Shown here: positions 38,579 to 51,910 of the stretch, one piece after another
Numbering within the stretch: the stretch's first letter is position 1
Layout of the letters: each line of letters opens with the position of its first letter
DNA from: Octopus sinensis
Taxonomy: Eukaryota
DNA: 64,000 nucleotides
Reading direction: 5' to 3'
NCBI RefSeq assembly: GCF_006345805.1
Contig: NC_043001.1
Span: forward strand, 106,578,001-106,642,000
Notes under the pieces: generated by a model
The model's database searches: none
Told to the model about the DNA's origin: nothing
The model's input: only the letters and a program-made list of their open reading frames with translations
Made by a program: the position numbers and the translations under genes

Positions 38579-38974
38579 CTTTTCTACTCTAGGCACAAGG
38601 CCCGCAATTTGGGGGGAAGGGCCTGTCGATTAGATCGACTCCAGTACGCAACTGGTACTTAATTTATCGACCCTTGAAAGGATGAAAGGCAAAGTCGACC
38701 TCGGCGGAATTTGAACTCAGAACATAAAGACAGACAAAATACCTATTTCTTTACTACCCACAAGGGGCTAAACACAGAGGGGACAAACAAGGATAGACAA
38801 ACGGATTAAGTTGATTATATCGACCCCAGTGCGTAACTGGTACTTAGTTTATCGACCCCGAAAGGATGAAAGGCAAAGTCGACCTCGGCGGAATTTGAAC
38901 TCAGAACGTAGCGGCAGACGGAATACCGCTAAGCATTTCGCCCGGCGTGCTAACGTTTCTGCCAACTCGCCGCC
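38579..38974 (-). mobile_element. SINE-1 A+B dimer inside one 18-bp TSD
   Basis: TTATAACATTG(AA/TG)TTATT at 38561-38578 and 38975-38992. Internal junction AAAGAAATA|GGTATTT at 38743/38744. Confidence 0.93.
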
Positions 38975-39060
38975 TTATAACATTGTGTTATTACTAATAT
39001 AGGAACAAAAGTTTTAACTGAAGAACATCAGGTGTTCATAGTGAGTGTAAATATGAATGA

Positions 39061-39402
39061 GGAGGCGCAATGGCTCAGTGGTTAGGGCAGACCGGGCGTT
39101 GTGGGTGTTTATTGAGCGGAAACACCTAAAGCTCCACGACGCTCTGGCAGAAGGTGGTGGCGAACTCTGCTATGCTTTTTCACCACAACTTTCTCTCACT
39201 CTTTCTTCTTGTTTCTGTTGTACCTTTATTTCGAAGGGCCAGCCTTGTCACACTCTGTGTCACGCTGAATCTCCCCGAGAACTACGTTCAGAGTACACGT
39301 GTCTGTGGAGTGCTAGGCCACTCACTTGCACGTTAATTTCACGAGCAGGCTTTTTCGTCGATCGGATCAACTGGAACATTCGTCGTCGCAACCGACGTAG
39401 TG
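39061..39402 (+). mobile_element. SINE-3 head + module-X tail chimera
   Basis: GGAGGCGCAATGGCTCAGTGGTTAGGG, internal deletion of the B-box region, then the body and module X. Confidence 0.85.
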
Positions 39403-39654
39403 CTACGACAAATATGGATATCTGTCGCTTTCCATTTGCTCTCCTACATTTCTCAAGAGCTTTTGAGTTGTATTGAGAAATCGAAACCGGATCGATGCAC
39501 TAGTTCCTGCTCTAGCTACATTCATTCTGTGATACATGGAAGTGTCATCGAAAGTGCTTCTGTGTACTTATAAATTCTTTAGACATTTCTGTTCCTCTTC
39601 ACCACACCATGTACTACTTTGTATGTTGACAATTGTGGTACTATGTGCGTTATT

Positions 39655-39878
39655 CCGCCGAGGTCGACTTTGTTTTTCATCCTTTCGGGGTCGATTAAAT
39701 AAGTACCAGTTACGCACTGGGGTCGATATAAAAAAAAAATTAGAAATAGAACTGAGAAATGAGGAACAGAAAGAATAAAATATCAGTTCCATGTGAAAGT
39801 CATGTGGTACTTGAGATTTAGTTGCCTGTCCTTGTTTGTCCTCTGTGCGTTTAGCTCCTTGTTTGTAGTAAAGAAATA
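39655..39878 (+). mobile_element. SINE-1 type-A, 5'-truncated, 18-bp TSD, with about 85 bp of unrelated internal sequence
   Basis: GGT(A/G)CTATGTGCGTTATT at 39637-39654 and 39879-39896. Confidence 0.88.
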
Positions 39879-40263
39879 GGTGCTATGTGCGTTATTTTGC
39901 TGACTATTCCATTTTTGGAGTGGCTTCCTGTACTTGCTTAGAAATGAAAATAATCTCAGTCAACGTCACTTCATAATTATCTTCAATTAGCTTTTTAATG
40001 GTTTCTGCATTAAAGAAGTTAGCGCTGATTTATTTTGTTTCATTATATATCGCCATTAGTGGACAATGGTGTTCTTAGATAAGATTTCCATCGAATCAAG
40101 CAATGATTCACTGCATTTATGAGAGAACAATTGACGATACAAAGGAAACGTTTTCGAAGAGTTTCTGCGTGTAGTTTGGCAGTTTCTCTTATTGTTATCC
40201 ATATCCTTCAATGGTATACATCAGTAAACGACACATATATATGCATTACACATGAAAGTAGAC

Positions 40264-40313
<50 letters not shown>

Positions 40314-41528
40314 GTAGGTAGGTAGGTAGGTAGGTAGGTTTCTGCACTGTTTCTGTCTACCAGTTTGTACTCATACGAAATTAGTTAATCAAAGGATATT
40401 ACAAAAAGTCATTTGCTGAAGTTTCTTCTCGTATGTAATCGAACTCAGAACCACGTGTTTACAAACTGGAATAGCTATGCCTGCAACTAAACCTCAAGTA
40501 CCACAATATTTCGACCAAATTTTTCTCAAATATTTCCATACCGTCTACAAAATGGATTCGTGGATTATGTATGTTGGCCATCATTTAGCTGCAAATCGCT
40601 GCTCATTTAACTTGGAGTGTAATCATTGATATTTTAGATTGCGGCACAGCTAATCAATCGCTTGATCAATAAAAATTCGGCCATCTTGACATTATAGTTG
40701 TCAAATTTGGGATTTTAAAAACCTCGAATATGTATTAGAAGAGGCATTATGATTATTGATTTCTTATTTTATTAGTTCTTCACTGTGAAGGTCTTTTAAC
40801 TTTCTGGATACACGAAATACAAAGTAGATTACGATAAAAGTTTTATCATCGGAAGATCTTAAGCGAATATCATATGCAGCTTACTAATTCCAAAAGTAGA
40901 AACAGTTTTTAAAATGGCAAGATATGAAGGAAGAAGAAATCGTCTCACTTATGAACTGATAGACATAATAAATTTGCTAAGCATCCTACTTCGATTCAAT
41001 ATTAGATCATCAGTTCTCTCTCGATTCATTTCAAGCCATCATTTTCTCACACACTGATGTGTATGATTTTTTACTTCTGAGTTGTTTAACCAGAATATTT
41101 ATTTTACGCACAAAATTCTTCGTGTCGTGGGTGTATTTTTCTTTGTTCAGATAAAAACTCAGATGGAATGAAATTGGAATGCTTCCAATAACTCTGCAAA
41201 ACAAAATCAATCCATTATATTTCAGAGCCTTTTACAAGTCCATTCAATAGTAAAATTGCCGTATTGACTTCAATCTGTACGAATAAATTTATAGCTTGTA
41301 AGGGTTGCTGTTGTTTAGTGCCCGGTCAGCTTTCACCGAACTGACCTACGATCTAATGCATCCCAGTTATATTCATCACGTCTTTTTGTCTTTCTATTTT
41401 GTTGAGTTCTTCCTTTCTTAAAATGACGAATTTTTGGTATATATTTGGCTATCATTTCTAGGAGGCAGCACGATTTAGTAGAAGCTCAGTTTTGTTCCAT
41501 TATTTATTTAGAGTTAAGGTTTGCTTAT

Positions 41529-41570
<42 letters not shown>

Positions 41571-42161
41571 CTCCTCTCTCACAATATCTATCACCTTTTC
41601 TTTCTCTCCTCTTCTCTTTCACTTCCTTCCATATCGTTCTTCATTTTTATTTCTCCTTTCTCTCGGGACTTTATACAGATAATTACTGTTGTTGTTTATC
41701 TGCAGGTCAACTCTGACCGAGTGGCTATTCCGGGTTTTTATTCATCAGACATCGTTAACAGAACTCCATTATTGTGTGTGTCCTTCCTTTTAAAACTGCA
41801 GAGACAGGTTTTGCTGCTAGATCTAATAGATCGAATAACAGGATAGAAACTGTGTTGTTGGTCTGCCCATATAGATAGTCCTTTATTATGATCAACAAGC
41901 TTTGAGCTTATTCGTCCAAAGGACCTAAAGTTGGTCACAACAATGAAATTTTCAAATTCTGGCACAACGACCAAAAGTACGCATTCTGTCCTCAGAAAAA
42001 GTTCTTTAGCCATAATTTCTATACACCTGAGACTACAGCCAAGACACGTGACTCTCCGTAGGTCATTTTCATGCAATCACCTGAGGCATATCTTTCCTAC
42101 AACTGGATAAAGACCGGCCTTCCATTTCTGGATAACATTCTGTTCTCCAATGTCAAATATT

Positions 42162-43121
42162 GGCACAGGCGTGGCTGTGTGGTAAGACGTTTGTTTCTCA
42201 ACTCTATGGTTCTGAGTTCAGTCCCACTACCTGGTACTTTGGCCAAATGTCTTCTGCTCTAGCCTCAGGCCGATCAAACTTCTGTGTGTGGGTGTGTGTT
42301 TGTTCACCACCACCGCTTGATAACCACTGTTGGTTTATTTACGTCCTCTTAACTTAGCGGTTCGGCAAAAGATACCTGTAGAATAGGTACCAGGGTTTTT
42401 TTTTTAATGAGTAATGTATCCGATTCATTCAGTTGAGCAATTCTTCAAGGCAGTGTCCCATCATGGCCGCCGTCTAATGACAGAAACAAGTAAAAAAAAT
42501 AAAAGATAGAGATGAAAGGCACACACGTGAAACGGCATTCGTTGTGGGATTTTGTCTCGAAGAAAAATTTCTAAGTTACTTAGAAATACAAATAATACTA
42601 CCAAAACTGACAGACACCGGTGTTTCAACGTAATTTTGCCTTATCAATGAGTGTCGTTGGACATTTGTGAATTCATAAATGTCTTATAAATGATGGGAGT
42701 GGCCGTGTAGTAAGTAGCTTGCTTACAAACCACATGGCTCCCACTGCGTAACACCTTGGGCAAGTGTCTTCTACTATAGCCTCGGGCCAACCAAAGCCTT
42801 GTCAGTGGATTTGGGAGACGGAAACTGAAAGAAGCCCGTCGTATACATATATATATATATATAGTGTGTGTGTGTGTGGTGTGTGTGTGTGTGTGTGTGT
42901 CTGTGTCTGTATTTGTCTCTGTCTGTGACTGCATTTGTCTCCCCACTATCGCTTGATGACCGATGTTGGTGTGTTCTCGTCCCCGTAACTTCGCGGTTCT
43001 GCAAAAAGAGACCGATAGAATAAGTACTAGGCTTACAAAGAATACGTCTTGGGGTCGATTTGGTCGACTAAAAGTGTTGCTCCAGCACGGCTGCAGTCAG
43101 ATGACTGAAACAAGTAAAAGA
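42162..43121 (+). mobile_element. Two SINE-2 copies (42162-42508, 42696-43121)
   Basis: Family motifs as at 12987. Confidence 0.9.
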
Positions 43122-43599
43122 GAGTAAAACAGATGTGCCACAGATACACTACAGAGATACATTAGGGATCTTCAGTGGGGTCACTGCAACTCAGTTGGTT
43201 ATAGCATAGCAGACACTAAATTATTTACATGTTTGTCTCGCAATAATTCCTTGAACAAACTGTGCATTATTTGCAAAAAGCAAATCGAATTCTTGTACAC
43301 CACTGTAGAGAGGAGCGTAATATGTATGAAAAAGAAACCTTTTTTTCTTTATCGTGTTTGGCTTCGAAGAAAGCAAGCATACCTATTTCGTTTAGCTGCG
43401 AAAATCTCATTTGTAATCTTTTCTGGTTAGTTTAGCTAAAGGAAATTTAGATCACCTATCAACAGAATATGTGTTTGTGGATCGATGTTTCTATATCGTA
43501 TTCTGTGTGTCTACATGTGCGTCAGAGAGATTATGCGTCAGTAGGTATATTTGTGTTTGCGCGTGTATGTTCCTGCTTTATGAGTGTACGCTTCATTAA

Positions 43600-43639
43600 T
43601 TGAACACACACACACACACACATATATGCATATATATAC

Positions 43640-43708
<69 letters not shown>

Positions 43709-44659
43709 GCATATATTTACGCACATATACTCGCATACAAATATATATATACGTTCACATGTATATATATGTGTGTGTGAGGGGTGTATGTGTGTGTATA
43801 CAGAGAGCGGGGAGGGAGAGAGAGAATAGGAAAAGGTGTATGTACATATATATGCGTATCTACGTGAGTGTGGGCATATATTAATATCTGTATAAGTACA
43901 GGAACATATATATATAAATATATGCATATACATATATATGTGTGTGTTTATGTGTGTGAGTATTTATGCATATATGCATAAGTATATACACACATATACA
44001 TGTGTGTGTGTGTGTGTGTTCATGCATGTATATATACACATAAATATGTGTATGTATATACATACATGTACGCTAACATATATACACATATTCATATATA
44101 TATACATATATGTATACACACGTCACATTTATTCTGTTTGATCGCTAATCGGTGAATCTTCAATTCCGAAACAAAATATATTTTCCATCAGATAAACACT
44201 TCCAATTTTTGATTATCATCTTATCCAGCTACATACAAAATAAAGTAGGAAACAGTTTGCTAGTCTATATTGGAATATTTTCTATTCAATAACGTATAAT
44301 TATCAATGAATTCAATATACTATATTGTATTTCAGAGTAAGAATAACTGGCTGCAACATTATCTTATTTCATTGATTGAAAGCATCAGTATATACTACAC
44401 ACATACTGAACTCTATATGCATAAATGTATATGAATGAGATTCTGTGGCTGTGTTTAGACTTGGTCGTAGCGAGTATTTTATAGATGTAGCGAGTGTTTG
44501 TAAATGCGTGTGCTAAGGACGATAATTATGTTTGAATATGGCGGCCGTTATGTCTTTAGGCCGATAATTTTTATGTGATATCGATGTATTATTCCTTCTG
44601 GCCAATATGTTAATATCTGAACTTGATGACTTTGCTCTCGTGGTGTGTGTGTGTGTGTG

Positions 44660-44730
<71 letters not shown>
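43600..44730. repeat. (CA)/(TA)/(TG) low-complexity tract (43600-44120) and (GT)n (44640-44728)
   Basis: Seen directly. Confidence 0.93.
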
Positions 44731-44731
<1 letters not shown>

Positions 44732-45044
44732 ATCTTCTATAGAATGAAAAGCTAGAAAGTTCTCCCACCCGCTATTCCAAAAATCTCAGTAGTTCCTCAC
44801 GTCCTTGGTGCACTTAAATGAGTTAATGTCTTTCAGAATGTTGAGTATAAATTGTATACTTGCTCACGATAAGGCTGATAAAGATACACTTTCGAAATTT
44901 CGAAGTTTTCGAAATCTACAAAAATAATGTTTCAATCACTTCTTAAGATATTATCTCCCCTTGAAACTGTTTTATTATCTCAGCGAAACAGCATCAACTG
45001 TCTCATTAAACAAGCAGTTGTTGGTTGATATTGTTATTCATTTT

Positions 45045-45200
45045 CTATCTTTACGTTCTGAGTTCAAATTCCGCCGAGGTCGACTTTACCTTTTATCCTT
45101 TCGGGGTCGATAAATTTAGCACCAGTTGCGTATTGGGATCGATCTAATTGACTGGCCCCCTCCCCCAAAATTTCGTGCCTTGTGCCTAGAGTAGAAACGA
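45045..45200 (+). mobile_element. SINE-1 type-B, 5'-truncated, perfect 17-bp TSD
   Basis: ATATTGTTATTCATTTT at 45028-45044 and 45201-45217. Confidence 0.95.
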
Positions 45201-46560
45201 ATATTGTTATTCATTTTGTTACATATATATTATTTTTTTTTTTTCAATTAATAGATAAAACTGCGAAGACGAGTACGTAGTTAGTTGCTAAAATTAGATT
45301 GAATAGAAAGCCTGACATTCAGGAAAAATTCCTTTAAATAAAAAGGCTTTTGGTAGTGAACAGAATGGAAACTACCGTTCTACTGCATCTAACTGAGGAC
45401 ATCTAATACTTGTTTTAACGATAAACAGTTTATTAGACTGGGTTTGAACTCAAAACGAAAATGGATGTGACTAGAGTTAGATATTGTGTCCGACTCTGCA
45501 GAACATTTAATCTGTTGCTTTACAGTTTCTGCCATTTTCCCAATGTCTTGCTAAGGAAACTTGCAAGTGATTTTCCAGTCTGCGAGAAACAGTTGCCAAA
45601 TCTTCCTTCAATCACAACTTACAGCCTTAAAATTTTATATATAACGGACAGAATGGTCATGGCTAGAATATCTTGTATTCTATACTTGATCAACAGGAGC
45701 CGACCGAGGGTTATGCAACAGCAAAAATGAGATTTGTAATCTAGAAAGAGTTCAGTAATTAGACTAGCGATCGACTGGTTCCCAGGTCGCTACGCTCAAT
45801 TAGTCATAAGTTGGCAGTTTTGAGAAGGAATCCTCTAGCCAGGGGACAAGTGTGGCTGATAATATTTTTATCCTAGAATCGCAGAAAACTGAATCTCAGA
45901 AGCTAATCTTTCCTTTTATGAACAAAAAGAATCAACAAAACTGCTCACTTAGAGATGAGAGACAAATAGGTCCATGGATAGAACGCCAACCTTCCACGCG
46001 TATCATTTACTGTGAACAAAGGAATGGAACTTAACATTGTACACCAACAAAATTCTCGTCAAGTTTTATCAGTGCCATCATTTTACATTAGAATATTAGA
46101 ATTCGGTGTTTTTGTATGTTTATCTGTGATGGACACAATACATTTGTAACTGGATAAGAACAATAAAATTGCCTATCTTTTGGCTTCCTCGGTTGCTTGC
46201 TTAGCATTCTACTGATTCAGCTACTCACAGCTTTTTGAAATTTATTGCAAAAGTCAAAATATAAGGAAGGCTATAAATAAAATTCTGCAAAACAACGAAT
46301 GGTCTGAAGCTCAGAATTTCACAAAATTGCAATATATCGTAGGTGTGAATGTGAAATTAAAAACGTAATGAGTTACGATTCATAAAACACCAATGTTTAA
46401 AGAGGTTTTTCTTTTCATTCAGAATCCCCCAAGCTAAGTTCTTAGATGAGAGAAAACAGGAGTGGCGTTAATACTTCAAAAATTCTATATACACAGGCAT
46501 ATTTGAGATGTCGAATAAAAGGATTGGATAAAATAATTGATATAAGATTTAAATGAAATA

Positions 46561-46988
46561 TAGGCATGACTGTATGAGAAAAAGTTTGTTTCCACAACCA
46601 CATGGGTTCAGTTCCACTGCGTGGCACCTTGGGCATGTGTGTCTGAAACTATAGACTTGGGCCGACCAAAGCCTTGTGAGTGGATTTGGCAAACGGAAAC
46701 TAAAAGAAGCTCGTCGTATATGTGTGTGTATGTGTGTGCGTATGTGTGTGCAATCGTGTGTGTATGTATGTGCATGCGTCTTTGTGTGTCTGTGTTTGCT
46801 CACCACCACCAATTGACAACCGGTGTTGGTGCGCTTACGTCCTTGTAACTTGGTGGTTCGGTAAAATAGATAGAATAAGTACTAGCTGAAAATAATATTA
46901 AGCGCTGGGGCCGATTCATTCGACTAAAGATTTTTCAAGGCGGTGCCCCAGTATGGCCGCAGTCTAATGAATGAGACCAGTAAGAGAT
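46561..46988 (+). mobile_element. SINE-2 full-length
   Basis: Family motifs, central (TG/TA)n. Confidence 0.9.
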
Positions 46989-47571
46989 TAGAGATAAAAA
47001 AATATGAATTCAATGATAGGGACTGACGGCAATGAAATAAAGTCTATGGGATGACAATAAAAGGGGCTAAAAATGAAAAAAAATCAGATGGAAATAAAAA
47101 AAAATGCAATGAAGGGTCCAATGTGTGATTTGTTTACATCGTAAGCATCAGGCTGCTGCTTTCCGTTCATACTTAACCCATCGAGTCAGTGAGGGAACCT
47201 TTATAGAATCACATGATCTTCCTCAAATCACATTGGATTATGTAATCATAGATACACTATGCCTTTGGTCAATGGTCTGCTTAATCGAGATTAGAGTTTT
47301 ATCAAAACAAGAACAGCTTAATGTCATTCAATCCAGTAGGACATAAACATTAAACATCTCCGTCCTTCAACTGTCCTGAGAAGCAAAACTGTTTAATCGA
47401 TAAAATGTAGGACAATCATCCCAACTGTTTGGAGTTCACATCAGCTGAAAGCATTTTGTTGTGAATTCAGACAGTACTCTACGAACCCCTGCGTTTAATG
47501 GCCTTTCTACGAAAGGCGCAAGGCCTAAAATTCTAGAGGAAGAGTGCTGTCAATTACATCGACCCCTAAGA

Positions 47572-47800
47572 CGGCGATCTGGCAGAAACGTTAGCATGCC
47601 GGGCGAAATGCGAAGCCGTATTTCGTCTGCCGTTACGTTCTAAGTTCAAATTCCGCCGAGGTCGACTTTGCCTTTCATCTTTTCGGGGTCGATTAAATAA
47701 GTACCAGTTACGCACTGGGGTCGATATAATCGACTTAATCTGTCTGTTTGTCCTTGTTTGTCTCCTCTGTGTTTAGCCTCTTGTGGGTAGTAAAGAAATA
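47572..47800 (+). mobile_element. SINE-1 type-A full-length, inserted into an older minus-strand SINE-1
   Basis: TSD AAT(T/A)ACATCGACCCC at 47552-47566 and 47801-47815. Confidence 0.93.
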
Positions 47801-47815
47801 AATAACATCGACCCC

Positions 47816-48583
47816 AATTCTCAGCTGGTACTATTTCAGCGACCCTGAAAGGTTGACAGACAATGTCATCCTCGATGGAATTCGAACTCGGAACATTAAG
47901 AAGGACGAGGCTAAGCATTTTGTCCAGCGTGCTAACGTTTCTTATTTACTTACTGCCTACTAGGGGCTAAACACAGAGGTGACAAACAAGGACAAGCAAA
48001 CAGATTAAGTCGATTATATCGATCCCGGTGCGTAACTGGTACTTAATTTATCGACCCCGAAAGGATGAAAGGCAAAGTCGACCACGGCGAAATTTGAACT
48101 CAGAACGTAAAGACAGACGAAATACCTATTTCTTTATTGCCCACAGGGGGCTAAACATAGAGAGGACAAACAAAGACAGACAAACGGATTTAAGTCGATT
48201 ATATCGACTCCAGTGCGTAACTGGTACTTATTCAATCGGCCCTGAAAGGATGAAAGGCAAAGTCGACCTCGGCGGAATTTGAACTCAGAACGTAGCGGCA
48301 GACGAAATACCGGTAAACATTTCGTCCAGCGTTCTACTGATTCTGCCAGCTCGTGCCCCCCACTGACTTTAATATTCGTTTCTACTCTAGGCAGAAGTCC
48401 CGAAATTTGGGGGGAGGGGACCAGTCGATTAGATCGACCCCAGTATGCTACTGACACTTAATTTATCGACCCCGAAAGGATGAAAGGTGAAGTCGACCCC
48501 AGCGGAATTTGAACTTAGAACATAAAGACAGACAAAATACTGCTAAGCATTTCGCCCGTTTCTGCCAGCTCGTCGCCTTCCAT
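47816..48583 (-). mobile_element. Minus-strand SINE-1 cluster: old unit + A + A array (47816-48352) and a separate type-B copy (48377-48583)
   Basis: Junctions at 47942/47943 and 48126/48127. The type-B copy is flanked by TGACTTTAATATT at 48364-48376 and 48584-48596. Confidence 0.92.
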
Positions 48584-48818
48584 TGACTTTAATATTACAG
48601 CAATTTTATAGGAGACAAGGAGATTTCTCTTTCAGCCACTCAATTCAGTTCAACCGAAGCTAATAATCAACTCTTGAAATTCCATTGTGAGTCCATAAGG
48701 GAACGTTTAAATTATTATATTATACAACGCTATGTGAATAAGCATTATTTAAAACCCCATTTCATTCTCAATTTGAATTATCTCCTTCAGAATACCTGTA
48801 CTATAACTATAAAACCAT

Positions 48819-48860
<42 letters not shown>

Positions 48861-48899
48861 TCTTCTTCTTCTTCTTCTTCTTCTTCTTCTTCTTCTTCT

Positions 48900-48941
<42 letters not shown>

Positions 48942-48945
48942 CTCT
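48819..48945. repeat. (CT)n-(CTT)n-(CT)n polypyrimidine microsatellite
   Basis: Seen directly. Confidence 0.97.
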
Positions 48946-49655
48946 CATTCACACACACATACACATACACACTTCAATTCTCACTTCCAGCTGATGAAGC
49001 AGACTTATTATTTAAGCTTTTCAGCTGTGACCATCCTTTTTTTGTTATTTTATTTTATTTCTTTTATTTATTGTATGTGCGTGATGTATCTATGGCTACA
49101 TTAATCACAATGTCTTTGCTGTTTTTCGTTTGTTTGTTTAGGTTTTGGGGGCTTTTTTTTTTTTTTGAAGACAGTAAATGGTAATTTGAGGAAGCTTAAA
49201 GAAGCTCTAACTGCTATTTCTTGCAATGGTAGTTGCTCAACTACTGTCACGAATGTGTTTTGATAATGTTAACTTCATAGTTCTTTTCCACAGAAGTCTA
49301 TAATGAGAGAAGCATAAAACGATATGAGAAGGAAAAGCGAAAGGAAAGAAATAAAACGGAATCAATGCATCTCATAACCCTTAAAGCGTTGCTTGGATGG
49401 TTAAAGAAAACTGTCTTCGTAGAGTTTATAGCAGGACGAGTCCAACTTTTCCTTCCCCCGTTCTTATTATTGATTTGTTGCTTTCATTGTCAGCTTGTAA
49501 CAAGCAACGAACTTTGCTGTGTCACCAACCGAGACCACGAGTCTTTAGTGAATCACAGCTGCAACCATTATTGTCCTCAGGAAAAGCATGAACATTTCTT
49601 GATTTCATAAAAATTTCTTGATTTCCTATAAATACATCGTTGCAATTGACGCTTT

Positions 49656-50304
49656 TATATTTCTGATATTGTTATATCACCATTCCAAATGGGCGAACTG
49701 GCAGAAACGTTAGCACGCCGGGCGAAATGCGTAGCCGTATTTCGTCTGCCGTTACGTTCTGAGTTCAAATTCCGCCGAGGTCGACTTTGCCTTTCATCCT
49801 TTCGGGATCGATAAATTAAGTACCAGTTACACACTGGGTCGATGTAGTCGACTTAATCCGTTTGTCTGTCCTTGTTTGTCCCCTCTGTGTTTAGCCCCTT
49901 GTGGGTAGTAAAGAAATATATATTTCTGATATTGTTATATCACCATTCCAAATCGGCGAACTGGCAGAACCGTTAGCAAATTCTGCCGAGGTCGACTTTG
50001 CCTTTCATCCTTTCGGGGTCGATAAATTAAGTACCAGTTACGCACTGGGGTCGATGTAATTGACATAATCACTTTGTTTGTCCTTGTTTGTCCCCCTCTA
50101 TGTTTAGCCCCCTGTGGGCAATAAAGAAATAAATATTTCTAATATTGTTATATCACCATACGATTCGGCGAACTGGCAGACCCGTTAGCAAATTCCGCCG
50201 TGGTCAACTTTGCCTTTCGTCTTTCCGGATGTACCAGTTGATTTCTGGTGTGATCGACTTACACCCTCTACCGAAATTGCTGGCCTGTGCCAAAATTTGA
50301 AACC
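49656..50304 (+). mobile_element. Three SINE-1 units, each preceded by the same 33-35 bp flank
   Basis: TATATTTCTGATATTGTTATATCACCATTCCAAAT at 49656-49690 and 49919-49953 (identical), with a diverged version at 50133-50165. Confidence 0.95.
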
Positions 50305-50454
50305 AATATCATATATCATCACGTAAGACATCTAAGGCGTTCCATCTAAAACCATCTCGTCTTTATACAGACATAACGATGTAAAAGTTATCAAAATCAG
50401 AATAAATTATTAATCTAAAGCATTTTTTCACCTTAAAAAGCATAAACAATAATT

Positions 50455-50846
50455 GACTGTGTAGTAAGTAGCTTGCTTACTAACCACATGGTTCCAGGTT
50501 CAGTCTCAATTCGTGGCACCTTGAGCAAGTATCTTCTAATATAGCCTCGGGTTGACCAAAGCCTTGTCAGTGGATTTGGTAGACGGGAATCGAAAGCCCG
50601 TCGTATATATGTGTGTGTGTGTACATGAGTGTGCATGTGTTTGTGTGTCTTTGTTTTCCCCCAACATCGTTTGACAACCGATGCTGGTGTGTTTACGTCC
50701 CCGTATCTTAGCGGTTCAGCAAAAGTGACCAATAGAGTAAGTACTAGGCTTACAAAGAATAAGTCCTGGGGTCGATTTGGTCGACTAAAGGCGGTGCTCC
50801 AGCATGGCCGCAGTCAAATGACTGAAACAAGTAAAAGAATAAAAGA
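50455..50846 (+). mobile_element. SINE-2 near full-length
   Basis: Family motifs as at 12987. Confidence 0.92.
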
Positions 50847-51428
50847 ACACCTATTTGCAAGAAATAGCCGTTTGATATTCCTGAGGCTTCCTCAAATTTC
50901 CTTTTTCTGTCTTACAAAGCATAGACGAATGGTTAAAACTTTCATTTGAAAACCACAAGGCCTCAAGTCCGATGCCAATGAATGAATGGCATGATGGTCA
51001 AGTTTCTTTTACCGTAGCTTAGAATTGACCCAATCCGTGCGAGTGAAACCGAGTAAACGGAACGGAAACTGTGCAGAAGCCCATCGAGTAAACTGTATCA
51101 GTAAAATGCTCATCGCCGGAACAGATGGAGATCCATTTTTTTTACTCCATCTAAAGCGGCGACCAACCAGAATCATCAGCACGCCGAACAAAATGCTTAG
51201 CGGCATTTCGTCCGTTTCTGTGTTCTGAGTTCAAATTCCGCCGACGTCGATTGTGCTTTTCATTCTTATTTTTATGCGTCCCTGACTTTAATATTGTGAG
51301 CGATTTTACATGAAACAGGGTGATTCATGTTTCACCCGCTTATCTCAGTTCAACTGGAACCAATAATCTGCTCTTGAAATTCCAGTGCGAGTCTATAAGG
51401 GAAAGTCTACATTGATATTTTATACATA

Positions 51429-51598
51429 GGCGTAGGAGTGGCAGTGTGGTAAGTAGCTTGCTTACCAACCACATGGTTCCGGGTTCAATCCCACTGCGTG
51501 GCACCTTGGGCAAGTGTCTTCTACTATAGGCTCGGGCCGACCAAAGCCTTGTGAGTGGATTTGGTAGACGGAATCTGAAAGAAGCCCGTCATATATAG

Positions 51599-51688
<90 letters not shown>

Positions 51689-51910
51689 GTATGTGTATAT
51701 GTTTGTGTGTTGTTGTCCCCCCAACATCGCTTGACAACCGATGTTGGTTGTGTTAAAGGTCCCAGTAACTTAGCGGTTCGGCAAAAGAGACCGATAAAAT
51801 AAGTGTATTAGGCTTCCAAAGAATAAGTCCTGGGGTCGATTTGGTCGACTAAAGCCGGTGCTCCAGCATGGTCACAGTCAAATGACTGAAACAAGTAAAA
51901 GAGTAAAAGA
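51429..51910 (+). mobile_element. SINE-2 full-length with long central (TA)n
   Basis: GGCGTAGGAGTGGCAGTGTGGTAAG..GGGTTCAATCCC..GGCACCTTGGGCAAGTG, with an AAAAG tail. Confidence 0.95.

Noticed and set aside
49656-50304. CRISPR-like repeat-spacer appearance (35-bp repeats)
   Set aside because: The spacers are homologous SINE copies of about 140-230 bp, the context is eukaryotic, and there are no cas genes.
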